NCBI RefSeq assembly: GCF_964204645.1
Contig: NC_134036.1
Coordinates: 9,465,859-9,529,858, forward strand
Origin: Tubulanus polymorphus
Taxonomy: Eukaryota; Animalia; Nemertea
Direction of reading: 5' to 3'
Length of the DNA: 64,000 nt
Below, piece by piece: positions 62,001-64,000 of this stretch (the stretch's first letter is position 1; each line of letters begins with the position of its first letter). The notes under the pieces were generated by a model. That model ran no database searches. It saw nothing but the letters and a program-made list of their open reading frames with translations, and was not told the DNA's origin. The position numbers were made by a program, and so were the translations under genes.

Positions 62001-63584
62001 CGTACGATGTTTAATTCGTGTTTGTCGTATATATTTCTGTCTGATGTGATTCCTTACCTTCGCCTGAAGATACGACAGATTATTCCCTATTTAGTGATGA
62101 TCGTTAGAACAGATGTCCGTTTCTCCAGTATTTGACTATGTTATTAGGTGTTGCTGTTCCCTATGAATTGGTGTAAATTCACAGGGAACAGCAACAGTTA
62201 TAAGGCGCAGCTATAAATTGACTTTCAATTTTGGAATTGAAGAAAATTATATGAACTTTAAAAAGTCCGATATTTTCAATCTATGATTTGCTGTGATATT
62301 TTGTAATCGTATTTCATTATACAATCGTCGCGAGTGTTGTGTTCTGAGTTTTGTTTGTCTCATCTTGATTTTCGGGGCGAAAATATTAAGTCCTTGGGGA
62401 TATTAGGAAGATAGTGATGTGTACGGAAGCTGGAGTTCATGGTTAGTGTTACTATTGCCAGACTACTGCCTGCGTTGATGCATGAGGCAGACATAAACAA
62501 TTAATAGAAATAATGTAAATAAACACGTCTGGATGTGACGTATGTGTCTACGTAGGAAAACCTAAACATAGTACGGCCATGAGTTCCGACGAGTACACAA
62601 GATATGTTGTTGTGACGTGTATAGGTACGTTTACATTCCATACATGGGCTGGAGGAATGTTTTGACGCATAAATACATGAAAATCCTTGAATTCCAGCCA
62701 TGTGTGGTAAGGGTCTGCACACGTTACAACATTCCTCCAGCCTCCTTTTAAAGAGTAAAATGATTTAAAATGAGACACCGGGAAACATTAAAAGTAGAAA
62801 AAAAACAACGAGACTGGAAAGAAAACAGCCAGAGCGAATATACCTCTGTGAATAAAAGATTATTATACCTACTGGAGAAGATTCTTTCAACCTTCATTAT
62901 CTATCACTTATTTTCGATCGAATTGTCTGTAAAACATCAGTCTTCGTCCATGATTTGAATTCAATCCAATAGTTTTCACTATTTTCAATTTGTTCTGCTT
63001 ATAATCTCTTATCTAGAGTACCAATGCTTAATTTTGATGCTGATTAAACATACACTCACGTAAATTTAGGAAAGTCCATATTAAGAATTTCGTTTCTTGT
63101 TTTTGTATTGCATCTACACGCCAGAGGTAATAACGGATTCATACATTTGACTACAAAGAGAAAAAAAATTCCTTGTGTACAGACAGTTCAACTTTTTAGA
63201 TCCCTGAAAAGCTTCCATTTTAGATATCTCGATAATAATTGACCATTTATTTTTCTGATTGACCATTAATTTTCCCAAAAAGTCCCCCCTTCGAAAAACC
63301 TAAGCAACCGATGTATGTTTGCTTTGTGTTTACCAATGCACTTATTATTAGTACATTAGCAAGCACATTGTTACCTTTTCTAGCTATTTCCACTGTTTTC
63401 AGTGAAATATTGCATCCTGTATTACATGAATCATTCAACGATACTCCGGGACTAATAACTCACAAAAAGTTTAGATTAACCATTAAACCATATGATACAT
63501 GACCAAATACACGTTTAATACGAAAAAGACCCACTACGCGCATATTTCAAATTTCGAACCATGGCTTATCATTTAAAAATTACG

Positions 63585-63618
63585 ACACGACGTTCGATCT
63601 CTCACTAGAGATCATCGT
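63585..63618 (-). repeat. Fragment of the same Penelope hammerhead/pLTR
   Basis: Minus strand ACGATGATCTCTAGTGAGAGATCGAACGTCGTGT nearly matches 24841-24876. The CUG of the core is lost. Confidence 0.55.
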
Positions 63619-64000
63619 TTTAAATTTATACGCAGCGGGTTTGATTGTTTTGTCAAATATCTACATTTGAGTGTGACTATACTACAAATACAAAGTTATT
63701 TTAGCAATGAAGTTTTAATTGCAATTACAAATATTAACAATCCACTGGTAAACTCCAAACAACTTTGGGCAACTGACCTTAGGTCGTAGATTGGTCTCAG
63801 GTGGCCTGCTGATCCATTATTTTTATACTACTAAATAAAATTAAATATACAGTATAATTTGAAGTAGTACATTGAAGTACCCTTTATTTTCATATCAGGA
63901 TAATTTGTGTACGGAAGATTGAAAAACGATATTCCATTGAGTTTTATGATTCTCTAGATTATAGTGTATACAATCAATAATTAACTTTCTTCCACGGATA

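Noticed and set aside
59600-64000. Short ORFs of 60-76 aa here, and similar ones at 1.4-5 kb and 19.8-24 kb
   Set aside because: No recognisable motifs, many have non-ATG starts, and lengths are as expected by chance.

Overview
AT-rich eukaryotic DNA, most likely from an invertebrate animal (inferred from single-exon class A GPCRs, GT-AG exons and the transposon types). It is almost entirely a graveyard of mobile elements. In order: an RTE LINE 5' end, a candidate signal-peptide exon of a host gene, a decayed Helitron/Helentron (C76-type deubiquitinase, HUH Rep, Pif1 helicase) split by a 2.6-kb solo LTR, a GPCR pseudogene, a Penelope element with a decayed hammerhead ribozyme, and three diverged Polinton/Maverick endogenous-virus fragments (A ~27.2-31.3 kb, B ~36.0-46.7 kb, C ~55.7-58.5 kb). 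A recent 5.7-kb tandem duplication copies Polinton B structural genes, an orphan PTP exon and an open-frame GPCR. Main discovery: the Polinton B protein-primed DNA polymerase carries a 355-aa LAGLIDADG intein inserted in the catalytic YFD|TD motif, and the empty allele is present in Polinton A. Polinton B also encodes a zinc-finger/VLTF3-like late transcription factor, and nearly all its genes start at a shared T-tract...TAAATG motif resembling poxvirus late promoters. Polintons A and C share a conserved, strand-asymmetric long hairpin upstream of the polymerase. All family calls come from motif recognition by eye; no database searches were run.
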